Made by a program: the position numbers and the translations under genes. This document shows, one piece after another, positions 19,232-27,750 of a stretch of 64,000 nucleotides of DNA. Positions within the stretch are counted from its first letter, which is position 1. The number at the start of each line of letters is the position of its first letter. This stretch comes from Nitrososphaeria archaeon. GTDB taxonomy: Archaea; Thermoproteota; Nitrososphaeria; Nitrososphaerales; JAAOZN01. The notes below the pieces were generated by a model. It ran no database searches. It had not been told where the DNA came from and worked only from the letters and a program-made list of their open reading frames with translations. Where the stretch lies: positions 32,001-96,000 of the forward strand of contig JARVJZ010000005.1 in the NCBI GenBank assembly GCA_029775855.1, written 5' to 3'.

Positions 19232-21057
19232 AAGATTCCCACAATAGTAGAATGCACGCTAACAACATCTCCTTCGGCATTTACCACATTTGGTCTAAGA
19301 ATTTTCGAAAGTTCGTCATAAAATCTTACTTTAAGTTCTAAATCCTTATCGTAGTAAACATCAATCCGCCTAGTTTTCAAAACCTGAGGTCTGGCAGTTA
19401 ACATAACAATTGCAGCTTTGTTCGCCACTCTTAACAGAAGCTTGCCAACGAATGAATGTAATAAATTTGGGTTTCTTGTTGACACCATAAGGTCAACTAA
19501 AGTGTCATATGGCGACCTATCGCATATAACGTATTTACCACGCCACAACCTCAGATAGATTTTAGTGAAAACAGAAAATAAAGTATCAAATACTACTGTA
19601 TAGCTGTATATCAAAGCTACTGGCTTGATTCTGTTAAAGTAGTGATATGCCAATCTTTTTCTATTACCTAGTCGCTCAATTCTAGTTAGAAATAAAAGTC
19701 TAGCTAAAGCTAGAATCATAAGTGACAATTTGTGGTTCCAGCGCATCCAAACATACTCAGCTGGGATACCATTATTTCTCAAAACCTTAACAAGTATCTT
19801 TGCTTGGGTAGTTTTGCCCACCCCATCTGGACCTATTATAAATATTAGTGATGGAATGTTATTTCTCAGTCTATTAATGGTCATCTGCACTAGTCCCACA
19901 AAAGCATCACAGATTTTGTTCCATCGAGGATAGTATTGGCTCATGTAATTCCTTGCACTATAACCGAGTTTCTTTGCCAATTCAGTGTTGGTAAGTAGTG
20001 CTATCAGAGAATTTCGTAATGCAATATAGTCATTGCTTTTAACGATTAACCCACGAGCATCAAGTAATTCCGGAATACCATTTAGATCCGTAGATATAAT
20101 GGGCTTTCCTAACAACATAGCCTCAAGTATCGTTATCGGAACATCAGAGATAACAAGTTTAAAAGGAAGACAAACGACATCTGCAGCCCTAACATATTTC
20201 CGTATTTCATTTGACGCAAGAAAATGCGTTATTATTCTTACCCGGTCATTTGCTTCAGTCTTGCTTATGATGTTTTTAAGATAAGCTATCTCTTTCGCTG
20301 ATGCTTTGTCTTCAACTCTCGCTAAAAGAATTAACTTAGAAAAAAAATTCTTACTCACATCTACAAAAGCTTTAATCAGTATGTCTGTACCCCGTAAAGT
20401 TAAAGGTGGCCCAAAATACAAGATTACAGATGCATCCTCAGGACTAATATCCTTTCTGATCTTATTAACCTCATTATCTTCTGGTAATTGTAAATCAGAC
20501 TCGCTAATTCCCTGCGGTATAACTTTTATTCTTGCAGAATGAACACCATAGTCAACTAACTTTCTTTTATTGGCTTCGCTTAAGACTACTATGTGGTCAA
20601 AAGAGTTTAATCTTCTCCTGATCAAAGAAGGCGGAATGATTGCACCTATGAAATGTATAAATAAATATCTAAAATGCCTTATCATCTCAATTAAGCCGGG
20701 TTTGAATACATCCTTCAGATCATAAATAGGGCTTGTAAGAACGCAGATAGCTGGCAAGCCTAATTTGAGTTTTGGCTTCAATAGACTGGCTACCCCCAAC
20801 ACAACAATAGCAACATCTGGTTTAATCGTCTTTAACTTTTCTAGGGCTTCTTTTGACCAACCGAACCATGAGCTTAACCTCTTTACTGAGTATACTGTTA
20901 AACCTTCAAATGTATTGGTTTCAAACTTGCTATTTGAAAGTATTATTAGCTCAAGACCTCTTTGGGCAATACCTTTACCAAGTTCGTAGATGAATCGCCA
21001 AGGTTGTTTGTTAATATTCTCCTTTTTGAAATCAAAACAGATTATACAGATCTTCAA
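19219..21057 (-). CDS. GT4 glycosyltransferase fused to C-terminal thymidylate-kinase-like P-loop domain
   Basis: GT4 (PITILEAMLLGKPIISTDLNG) in frame with IIGPDGVGKTTQ (Walker A, 19807-19833) and ICDRSPYD (TMK-type DR motif). Confidence 0.85.
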   Translation of the reverse strand: MKICIICFDFKKENINKQPWRFIYELGKGIAQRGLELIILSNSKFETNTFEGLTVYSVKRLSSWFGWSKEALEKLKTIKPDVAIVVLGVASLLKPKLKLGLPAICVLTSPIYDLKDVFKPGLIEMIRHFRYLFIHFIGAIIPPSLIRRRLNSFDHIVVLSEANKRKLVDYGVHSARIKVIPQGISESDLQLPEDNEVNKIRKDISPEDASVILYFGPPLTLRGTDILIKAFVDVSKNFFSKLILLARVEDKASAKEIAYLKNIISKTEANDRVRIITHFLASNEIRKYVRAADVVCLPFKLVISDVPITILEAMLLGKPIISTDLNGIPELLDARGLIVKSNDYIALRNSLIALLTNTELAKKLGYSARNYMSQYYPRWNKICDAFVGLVQMTINRLRNNIPSLIFIIGPDGVGKTTQAKILVKVLRNNGIPAEYVWMRWNHKLSLMILALARLLFLTRIERLGNRKRLAYHYFNRIKPVALIYSYTVVFDTLFSVFTKIYLRLWRGKYVICDRSPYDTLVDLMVSTRNPNLLHSFVGKLLLRVANKAAIVMLTARPQVLKTRRIDVYYDKDLELKVRFYDELSKILRPNVVNAEGDVVSVHSTIVGILCNV

Positions 21058-22173
21058 TTAACACAAATTTCTGTATATCGCTTCTATACGGTCTGTTATC
21101 TTACCCCAAGTATATTTTTCTTCAATCGTTTTTCTAGCATTGTCTCCAAGCATCTTCATTAGTTTCCTATCATCAAGTAGCATAGTGATAGCCCTAAACA
21201 TCTTTTCTGGAGATCTTGGAGGAACTATGAGCCCATTATACCCATCTCTAATAACATCTAAGCATCCTCCAATAGCGGTAGCAACTACTGGTAATCCGCA
21301 GCTCATAGCCTCCAGAAGGACGGTAGGCAAACCTTCATAATGCGATGGCAAAAGAAATATTGTAGCATTTTGATATATCTCAATTAACTTTTTGTAATTA
21401 ACGTGACCTATAAGCATAATTTTGTTTTCTAATCTGTGCTTTATTATCTTGCTTTTTATTGTTTTTTCTAATTCTCCTTTTCCTACGATGACAAATTTAA
21501 CATCTTGGCCTCTAACAATTTGCTTCGCGCATTCTAATAGATCAAATAGACCTTTCCTATAGCTCAAGCGACCTACATATAGAACGTAATTTCCTTCTTT
21601 CTTTTTTTGGATAGGGGTAAACTCCTTCTCATTAACACCATTCCCTACAACGACAGAGTTGCATAATCCGTAATATTTTTTTAATTCTTGAGCAACGGAA
21701 TTAGATACTGTAGTAACGACCTTCGAGTGTTCCATAAGATCCTTGACTATCGGATAGCAAACAACACGAGTTAGAACTTTTATTCCTAGCGATTTTAGAT
21801 CTACTATTTCTATGTACCGAGCGTCTTCGAGCAAAGAAGTATGTATTGTACTCACCACGGGGAGGTTTGTCTTAACACGTGGGGACAAAGGAGAGTGTAT
21901 ATGGACTACATCTAACTTAGCTTCTACTAACTTAAAGAGATCGTTAAGGAAGTAGCTAAATATGTTAATGTGGAAGGGATAGAGAGGAATAAAAGGCACC
22001 TTAAATACTTCAATACTCTCTATAGTCTCCTTTCTATTTTCGTTTAACCGGCCAGGGACGATAATGATAATATTATGTCCTCGTCTCATAAGCTCTTTTG
22101 ACAAATTATAAACGTGATATCCAATTCCTTCTTGAGGGGGGAAAGGGGTAGTCATGATCATACATATGTTCAT
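21058..22173 (-). CDS. Glycosyltransferase family 4 (GT-B)
   Basis: YVGRLSYRKG, EGLPTVLLEAMSCG. Confidence 0.93.
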   Translation of the reverse strand: MNICMIMTTPFPPQEGIGYHVYNLSKELMRRGHNIIIIVPGRLNENRKETIESIEVFKVPFIPLYPFHINIFSYFLNDLFKLVEAKLDVVHIHSPLSPRVKTNLPVVSTIHTSLLEDARYIEIVDLKSLGIKVLTRVVCYPIVKDLMEHSKVVTTVSNSVAQELKKYYGLCNSVVVGNGVNEKEFTPIQKKKEGNYVLYVGRLSYRKGLFDLLECAKQIVRGQDVKFVIVGKGELEKTIKSKIIKHRLENKIMLIGHVNYKKLIEIYQNATIFLLPSHYEGLPTVLLEAMSCGLPVVATAIGGCLDVIRDGYNGLIVPPRSPEKMFRAITMLLDDRKLMKMLGDNARKTIEEKYTWGKITDRIEAIYRNLC

Positions 22174-22194
22174 GATTAATCACAACTTGGAACT

Positions 22195-23133
22195 CTATTG
22201 TAATATAGATTTCATAACTTTATTCGCAGAATAAAGTAGAAAGAAAAGAGAATAAATGATAATTCTTATAAGAGCTAGAAAAGGAAAAACTAACCAAGAT
22301 TTGTCTTTCAGGAAATTCTTAAACATTGCGTTTAAACCTAACATTATGTGTTCTGCGAACGCATATTTTATATAATCAATCATACGCAACTTACCTTTAC
22401 TTGCAGTCCATGTCAAGCAAGCATACAAAAGATTAAGTTCGGTAGCATTTCTTTTTTGGGCTTCAAATATAGTCTTAGCTCCTAAAAATTGTTTTCTTGC
22501 AAATTCCTTCATTGAACGCATCGTATTATGAATAATTGGCTCTTTATGTATGACCACTTTGTATCCTAAGCGGAGGATACGATACATAAGGTCAAAATCC
22601 TCACCATAATGTAAGGTCGAATTAAATCCTCCTGCTTCGGTAAAAGCCCGTCTGAGAACTAAACTGTTTCCCCCAGGAAGAATAGCTTTATTCTCTATCT
22701 GCCGTTTATTAAAAAATGTAGCCCATAAGTTAAAATAACATTTTGAGACGCAGCTGGCAGTATTTGGGGCTTTATTAATGGGCCAAACGATGCCAACTTT
22801 CGAATCATTCACGAATGGCTTGATTGCTTTGCTTAACCAATCTCTGGATGGTAATATTATATCTGAATCAAAAATTCCTAAGATTTCACCCTTTGAGTTA
22901 GCAGCGCCTACTTGACGGGCTTTCCCAATCCCTCCTTTTACAATTAGAATTTGAGATGTATATTTGAGTGCTATAGAGATTGTTGAGTCTTTAGAACCTC
23001 CATCTACAATTATGACCTCTTTGAAAGGGTAACTTTGGTTTACTATACTTTGTAAACATTCACCCAAAGTTCTTTCACTGTTAAGTGTAGGAATTATAAA
23101 TGAAACTTTAAGAAGTTCTTTTGCTAATTTCAT
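22195..23133 (-). CDS. Glycosyltransferase family 2
   Basis: IIPTLNS, VDGGSKD, FDSD, GEDFDL. Confidence 0.9.
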   Translation of the reverse strand: MKLAKELLKVSFIIPTLNSERTLGECLQSIVNQSYPFKEVIIVDGGSKDSTISIALKYTSQILIVKGGIGKARQVGAANSKGEILGIFDSDIILPSRDWLSKAIKPFVNDSKVGIVWPINKAPNTASCVSKCYFNLWATFFNKRQIENKAILPGGNSLVLRRAFTEAGGFNSTLHYGEDFDLMYRILRLGYKVVIHKEPIIHNTMRSMKEFARKQFLGAKTIFEAQKRNATELNLLYACLTWTASKGKLRMIDYIKYAFAEHIMLGLNAMFKNFLKDKSWLVFPFLALIRIIIYSLFFLLYSANKVMKSILQ

Positions 23134-24166
23134 AAATAAAAAGAACTCTTGAAAATAACTTGAAAAGTAGATTGAGTATCTTTAGAAGTTTTGTTGATTC
23201 GGCTAGAAATGGATGGTTGAATTTGTAAGTAAACTTGCTAATTATATATCTATCATTTACCCTTCTATTTGCTTGTATGTATTTTCTTCGCTTTAAGATA
23301 TAATGGGTAGAGCGTATAATATCTGCATAAGTCCTCACTTTTATTTTTAATGACTTATGAATAAGACAATAGAAAAGCGTAGACAATTCAGCTAATATCA
23401 AGATAGGTAAAAATAGGATTAGAGTGCGTGTCTCATAGTTGGTTAACAACAAGATTATTCTATTTCTCTCAACATAGTAAAGCTTATCTTGTCGTAAGTA
23501 GATTGAACCCCAAGATTGACCCCACTTATGATAAACCTTCGCTGAGGGAACATACCTAGGTCTCCAACCTTTTAGCAAAGCTCTCCACCCTATGTCTGTA
23601 TCTTCGTTAAATGCGACAAAAAATTCATCAAATAAACCAGTATCCTCAAGTGCCTCCTTTGATGCTAAAAAACATGCGCCGTGGACACTTGGTATTTCAG
23701 TTAAATTATCATATTGCCCCAGATCTACTTCTCCACCGCCTCTTAGTATTCCAAATCCCGCTAAGTGGATATCAAGACCTGTTGAATTTAGTATATTTGG
23801 TTTATCTAACAATAAGATTTTAGGTTGAAAAAAACCACTGTTCTTCGACCTTAGAGCTTCTTTCATGAGCTCGCTAATAGCCTCACGATCCAAGATTATG
23901 TCATGGTTAAGAAACATAATATACTTGCCTTTTGCTCTACGCACTCCAATGTTACTTCCTCTACAGAAATAGAGGTTTGTCTTGTTTTTAATTAACGTAA
24001 CGTCGTACTTCTTAGCAACCTCCAGATCACTGCCATCATTAGAACAATTATCAACAAGTATTACCTCCAAGGGATAGTATGATGAAGAAAAGATAGAAGA
24101 AACACATTTATCTAAAACTTCTTTTCCGTTATAATTTACTATTATGATGCTTACGTGTGGATTCAA
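23108..24166 (-). CDS. Glycosyltransferase family 2 (rhamnosyltransferase-like GT2 subgroup)
   Basis: IIVNYNG, VDNCSND, FLNHD, GACFL, EDTDIGWR, VYHK. Confidence 0.9.
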   Translation of the reverse strand: MNPHVSIIIVNYNGKEVLDKCVSSIFSSSYYPLEVILVDNCSNDGSDLEVAKKYDVTLIKNKTNLYFCRGSNIGVRRAKGKYIMFLNHDIILDREAISELMKEALRSKNSGFFQPKILLLDKPNILNSTGLDIHLAGFGILRGGGEVDLGQYDNLTEIPSVHGACFLASKEALEDTGLFDEFFVAFNEDTDIGWRALLKGWRPRYVPSAKVYHKWGQSWGSIYLRQDKLYYVERNRIILLLTNYETRTLILFLPILILAELSTLFYCLIHKSLKIKVRTYADIIRSTHYILKRRKYIQANRRVNDRYIISKFTYKFNHPFLAESTKLLKILNLLFKLFSRVLFIYEISKRTS

Positions 24167-24237
24167 AGATTCAAAATTATTAAGTTTATCTTAGAAACTT
24201 GTGGGAGAACATATGTCAATATAACTGTTCGGTTGTT

Positions 24238-25146
24238 CTAGCTATAGCTGCGTAAAAGTTCGGTCAAGCCATCTACAATGCTCTTTTTAGGTTTAAAGTT
24301 GAGTTTTTTCTCAACTCTACTCGTGTCTGCGCAGCTTGCAAATATTTCAAATCTCTTGGCAGGCTTTCTTATTGGGCTAAGGTTAACATTACCAATTAGT
24401 TTAAGAACATGCTCAGCCAGCTCATTCACCTTAACAGCTTTTCCAGAACCTAGGTTCAATAATTCGAAACCGCTCTGTTCAGATTCAAGCGCCCTAATAA
24501 GACAATCCACAACATCACCCACGTATATGAAGTCTCTACTCTGCTCACCTGAACCATATATCACCGGAGGCTTACCGCCTTTAACCCTCTTAACAAACTC
24601 ACTTATCACACCAGCGTAATGATCACTCTGCCTAGGACCATACACGTTAAAGAGTCTAAACACAGTTACATTTACATCATAGCAGCTGGCATAAGATCGG
24701 CAAAACGCCTCAGCGCAAAGCTTGCTTGCGGCGTAAGGTGAAAGAGGCTTCAAAGGATGCTCCTCGTCAATAGGAAGCTTAACAGGCTCACCATAAACAG
24801 CACAAGAAGACGTATATATGAGATTCTTCACACCAACCCTTCTACAGCACTCCAGCACATTTAAGGTGCCATCACTATTTACCTTATGGTAAAGGAGAGG
24901 CTTTCTGACAGATTCCCTAACATCTGTCAACGCAGCAAGATGATAAACCGCATCAACACCGTTCAACGCATTCTCCAAAGCAGGCTTGAACCTCACATCA
25001 CCTTTAATCAACGTAGCACCATCTACCCCTAAACAAGATGCGTGAGAGAAGTTGTCGAAAATAATAACATTATAGCCGCGCTCAATAAGACTCCTAACAA
25101 GATGGCTACCAATAAATCCACAGCCACCTGTAACCAAAACTTTCAC
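24238..25146 (-). CDS. NAD-dependent epimerase/dehydratase (UDP-glucose 4-epimerase-like)
   Basis: TGGCGFIGSH, SSCAVYG, SPYAASK, FNVYGPRQ, GEQSRDF. Confidence 0.92.
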   Translation of the reverse strand: MKVLVTGGCGFIGSHLVRSLIERGYNVIIFDNFSHASCLGVDGATLIKGDVRFKPALENALNGVDAVYHLAALTDVRESVRKPLLYHKVNSDGTLNVLECCRRVGVKNLIYTSSCAVYGEPVKLPIDEEHPLKPLSPYAASKLCAEAFCRSYASCYDVNVTVFRLFNVYGPRQSDHYAGVISEFVKRVKGGKPPVIYGSGEQSRDFIYVGDVVDCLIRALESEQSGFELLNLGSGKAVKVNELAEHVLKLIGNVNLSPIRKPAKRFEIFASCADTSRVEKKLNFKPKKSIVDGLTELLRSYS

Positions 25147-25208
25147 AGATCCTCGCCTTAGTTCACAATATCTACTGTAAGCCGATGAGGCCTAGAGGAG
25201 CTGCCTTC

Positions 25209-26162
25209 CTACACAGTTTGCGTAGAACGTAAAAACTCTCTGACCGCAAGTTTAACAGCTTCAACGCTTCTACTTCGAGGTCTCCAACCCATCTTTTTAA
25301 TTTTCGAAACGTCAAGTAACATCTCTTTAACATCACCCACCCATCCACGTCCCTCTAAACCACCGGCGCATCGAAAAGCAACATCCTTAAGACCCATCTC
25401 ATCTACCACAATCTTAGCGATCGAGAGCACATCGACCTGATCCTCAGAACCCACATTATACACTTGCAAGCGGTCTTGCTGAAGGTTTCTTGATGCTAAG
25501 AGAAAGGCGTCAACAACATCATCCACATAGAGGTAAGATTTACGTTGAGTCCCATCGCCAAGCACTTCAAGCACATTTGGATTAGAACGCAGCTTCATCA
25601 CAAAATCGTATATTACACCGTGAGCACACCTAGGACCAACAACGTTGGCCAACCTAAGTATAACGCTATTTAAGCCAAACATATGCGCATACCCAGATAT
25701 CAAAGCCTCGCACGCCAACTTAGAAGCGCCGTAAAGCGAAATAGGCTTTAAAGGACCATAATTCTCTGGTGTAGGAATAACATCAGCCTCGCCATAAACA
25801 GTCGAAGTTGATGCGAAAACAACACCAACCCCAAATTCTCTCACAGCCTCAAGGAGATTATAGGTCGCCAACACATTCTGCTCGTAATCTACTCTTGTAT
25901 CCAATGCACCGAGGCGAACTTCGGGATTCGCTGCAAGATGAAAAACAACCTCGCAGCCATCCATAGCCAGCCGAATATCACTGGGGTGAAGGAGATCACC
26001 CCTCATAAACTTAAAACGCTCATGCCCAAACCACTTAGCAACATTCTCAACCCTTCCTCTACTCAGATTATCCAAAACAGCAACCTCCTCTCCACGCTCC
26101 ATCAACGCATCAACCAAATGACTCCCGATAAAGCCGGCTCCACCAGTAACCAGAACCCTCAT
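25209..26162 (-). CDS. NAD-dependent epimerase/dehydratase (archaeal GalE-like)
   Basis: TGGAGFIGSH, HLAANPEVR, STSTVYG, SLYGASK, GDGTQRKSY, RGWVGDV. Confidence 0.93.
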   Translation of the reverse strand: MRVLVTGGAGFIGSHLVDALMERGEEVAVLDNLSRGRVENVAKWFGHERFKFMRGDLLHPSDIRLAMDGCEVVFHLAANPEVRLGALDTRVDYEQNVLATYNLLEAVREFGVGVVFASTSTVYGEADVIPTPENYGPLKPISLYGASKLACEALISGYAHMFGLNSVILRLANVVGPRCAHGVIYDFVMKLRSNPNVLEVLGDGTQRKSYLYVDDVVDAFLLASRNLQQDRLQVYNVGSEDQVDVLSIAKIVVDEMGLKDVAFRCAGGLEGRGWVGDVKEMLLDVSKIKKMGWRPRSRSVEAVKLAVREFLRSTQTV

Positions 26163-26310
26163 ACCGCCTCAGACACGCTCAGCAGTAAACCTACGCTTAA
26201 TGTTAGCGACGAGCATGCTTCTCTTTGATCTCATCTATAAGCATTGTAGCTAGATGCCAGATGTAAACCGCTAACGCCTACAGCGCTATCTAACAGTCGA
26301 TAGCCTACCT

Positions 26311-26772
26311 CTACCGCACACCAGTAAGGAAGCTAGGTATACTTCTCTTCAGCAACGCTAGGTAGGCTGCGAACCCTTTATCAAGCAGCCACTTAACAGC
26401 ATCAGGGTTACCCCAGGATGCAGCAACCCTACACACGTCAAGAAGAATGGGTTCACCTAAGTCAGCGAGTAAATCGGTGAACCTCTTAGCGAACGAGCAG
26501 GCCTTCATAAGAATAGAGCCGAGAACATTCAATAGGGCTCTGCTGATAACCTTAACCAACCCCTTCTCCGCCAAATCTATTGTAAGATTCAGTATACGCC
26601 TATCAACCAAGCCAAGTACCCTACGGTAGCACCTACTCCTCATAAGCCTACTCTGAAACCATTTTAGAAACTCAACCCTAGCCGCAGATTCACTAGCAGA
26701 AGACTGCTTAAGGCGCATATACGAGTTGAAGCACTCATTAAAGAATGCTACACCATCAGCAGGATGCATCAA
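26311..26772 (-). CDS. Hypothetical protein
   Basis: 153-aa ORF co-oriented with the glycosylation locus; contains A.SWGN..A..W..D.GF..YL, a pattern I associate with a TACK hypothetical family (recall, not verified). Confidence 0.6.
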   Translation of the reverse strand: MMHPADGVAFFNECFNSYMRLKQSSASESAARVEFLKWFQSRLMRSRCYRRVLGLVDRRILNLTIDLAEKGLVKVISRALLNVLGSILMKACSFAKRFTDLLADLGEPILLDVCRVAASWGNPDAVKWLLDKGFAAYLALLKRSIPSFLTGVR

Positions 26773-26876
26773 ACCTTATCTGAACCCCTGAAGATGTGCG
26801 TAGGAAAGATGACTTTACAACACACTTCATCAACAGACAGAGTATACCAGTAGCTGAATACGTTGTGTACCACAAG

Positions 26877-26893
26877 GCTCAACTAGGTTGAGC
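26877..26893. repeat. Inverted repeat GCTCAAC-tag-GTTGAGC, possible operator
   Basis: Perfect 7-bp inverted repeat in the divergent intergenic gap. Confidence 0.3.
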
Positions 26894-27005
26894 TTAAACT
26901 TGATTAATAAATGTTGCGCAGACCTATAAGAGAAGAGGTGAGCAAACCTTAACGTTAAACACAATAGAAGGTTGAGAGTCAGACGCTTAAGCGAAGATGT
27001 TTCAA

Positions 27006-27325
27006 CCTATCTTGGGCATCTTCCTTCATTGAAGCTTCATACAAAGCTCGTCATTTAGAGATTTAGACGTCGCTTTGTGGGTGAAAGATAGCGGAAACGC
27101 GCTTCACTACACGGTTAACCTCTCAGCGGAGGTAAGCAGTGAACTAGGCACACCTGCGGACATCCAAGTCTTAAATGAAGCCCCATTTCTCTTCAAATTC
27201 CACGCCTTCACAGAGGGTAGGCTGTTATTCTCCAATGAAGAGGGTTAAGATTAAGGTTGCTGGATGAGGTTGTCAGACAGTATCTGGACGCAAGGTTCCT
27301 CTCAAACATACATCAGAAAGGCTAA
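27006..27325 (+). pseudogene. Minimal nucleotidyltransferase (MNT/MntA antitoxin-like) pseudogene
   Basis: PILGIFLH*SFIQSSSFRDLDVALWV...DIQVLNEAP..FK...EGRLLFS..(frameshift ~27243)..LRLRLLDEVVRQYLD; TGA at 27030-27032 replaces the Gly of the GS motif. Confidence 0.8.
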
Positions 27326-27369
27326 GACAGGATATAATGCGAAGTATCCAAAGCTAAATCTGAATAAGC

Positions 27370-27750
27370 ATGTTTGCCTGCGAAGAATTTATTAGCGTAC
27401 GCTCCGGCTAAAAAAAGCCACATAATGAGCTTTTCCACTTTCTTGCCTTTTTATTAGATTTCAAAGTTGTTTATCTTGAGCGCCACCAGATTCCTTTATG
27501 CGCTTGACTTCAATAATTAAACATGTTCTTTGAGTTTAAGAACTAAATCCGGATACGTCAAAAGCATTCATGTAAGCCGTAAATTCTGAATAGTGGATGG
27601 CGTTTTGCTCTAATAAACTAATTAATCGGTAAACGTATCCTCGGTTTCTGGGACTCGCATATATATACCTTGTAGCAATCCTAATATCCTTGATTACTTT
27701 CATTTGCTGGTCTATTATTTCTACATCGACAAGATAACTTTCGTCTATTT
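27370..27750 (-). pseudogene. Decayed type II PD-(D/E)xK restriction endonuclease
   Basis: Fragments in shifting frames: IDESYLVDVEII...; YPDLVLKLKEHV / IIEVKRIKESGGAQDKQL* / HYVAF-LAGAYANKFF; directly downstream of the MTase. Confidence 0.7.

Noticed and set aside
19219-19860. Calling this domain the housekeeping thymidylate kinase (tmk)
   Set aside because: Fused to GT4, lacks the EP motif after Walker A, has hydrophobic inserts and sits in a glycosylation cassette
27030-27032. In-frame TGA as selenocysteine/recoding
   Set aside because: It replaces a conserved Gly and the same gene also has a frameshift; ordinary decay
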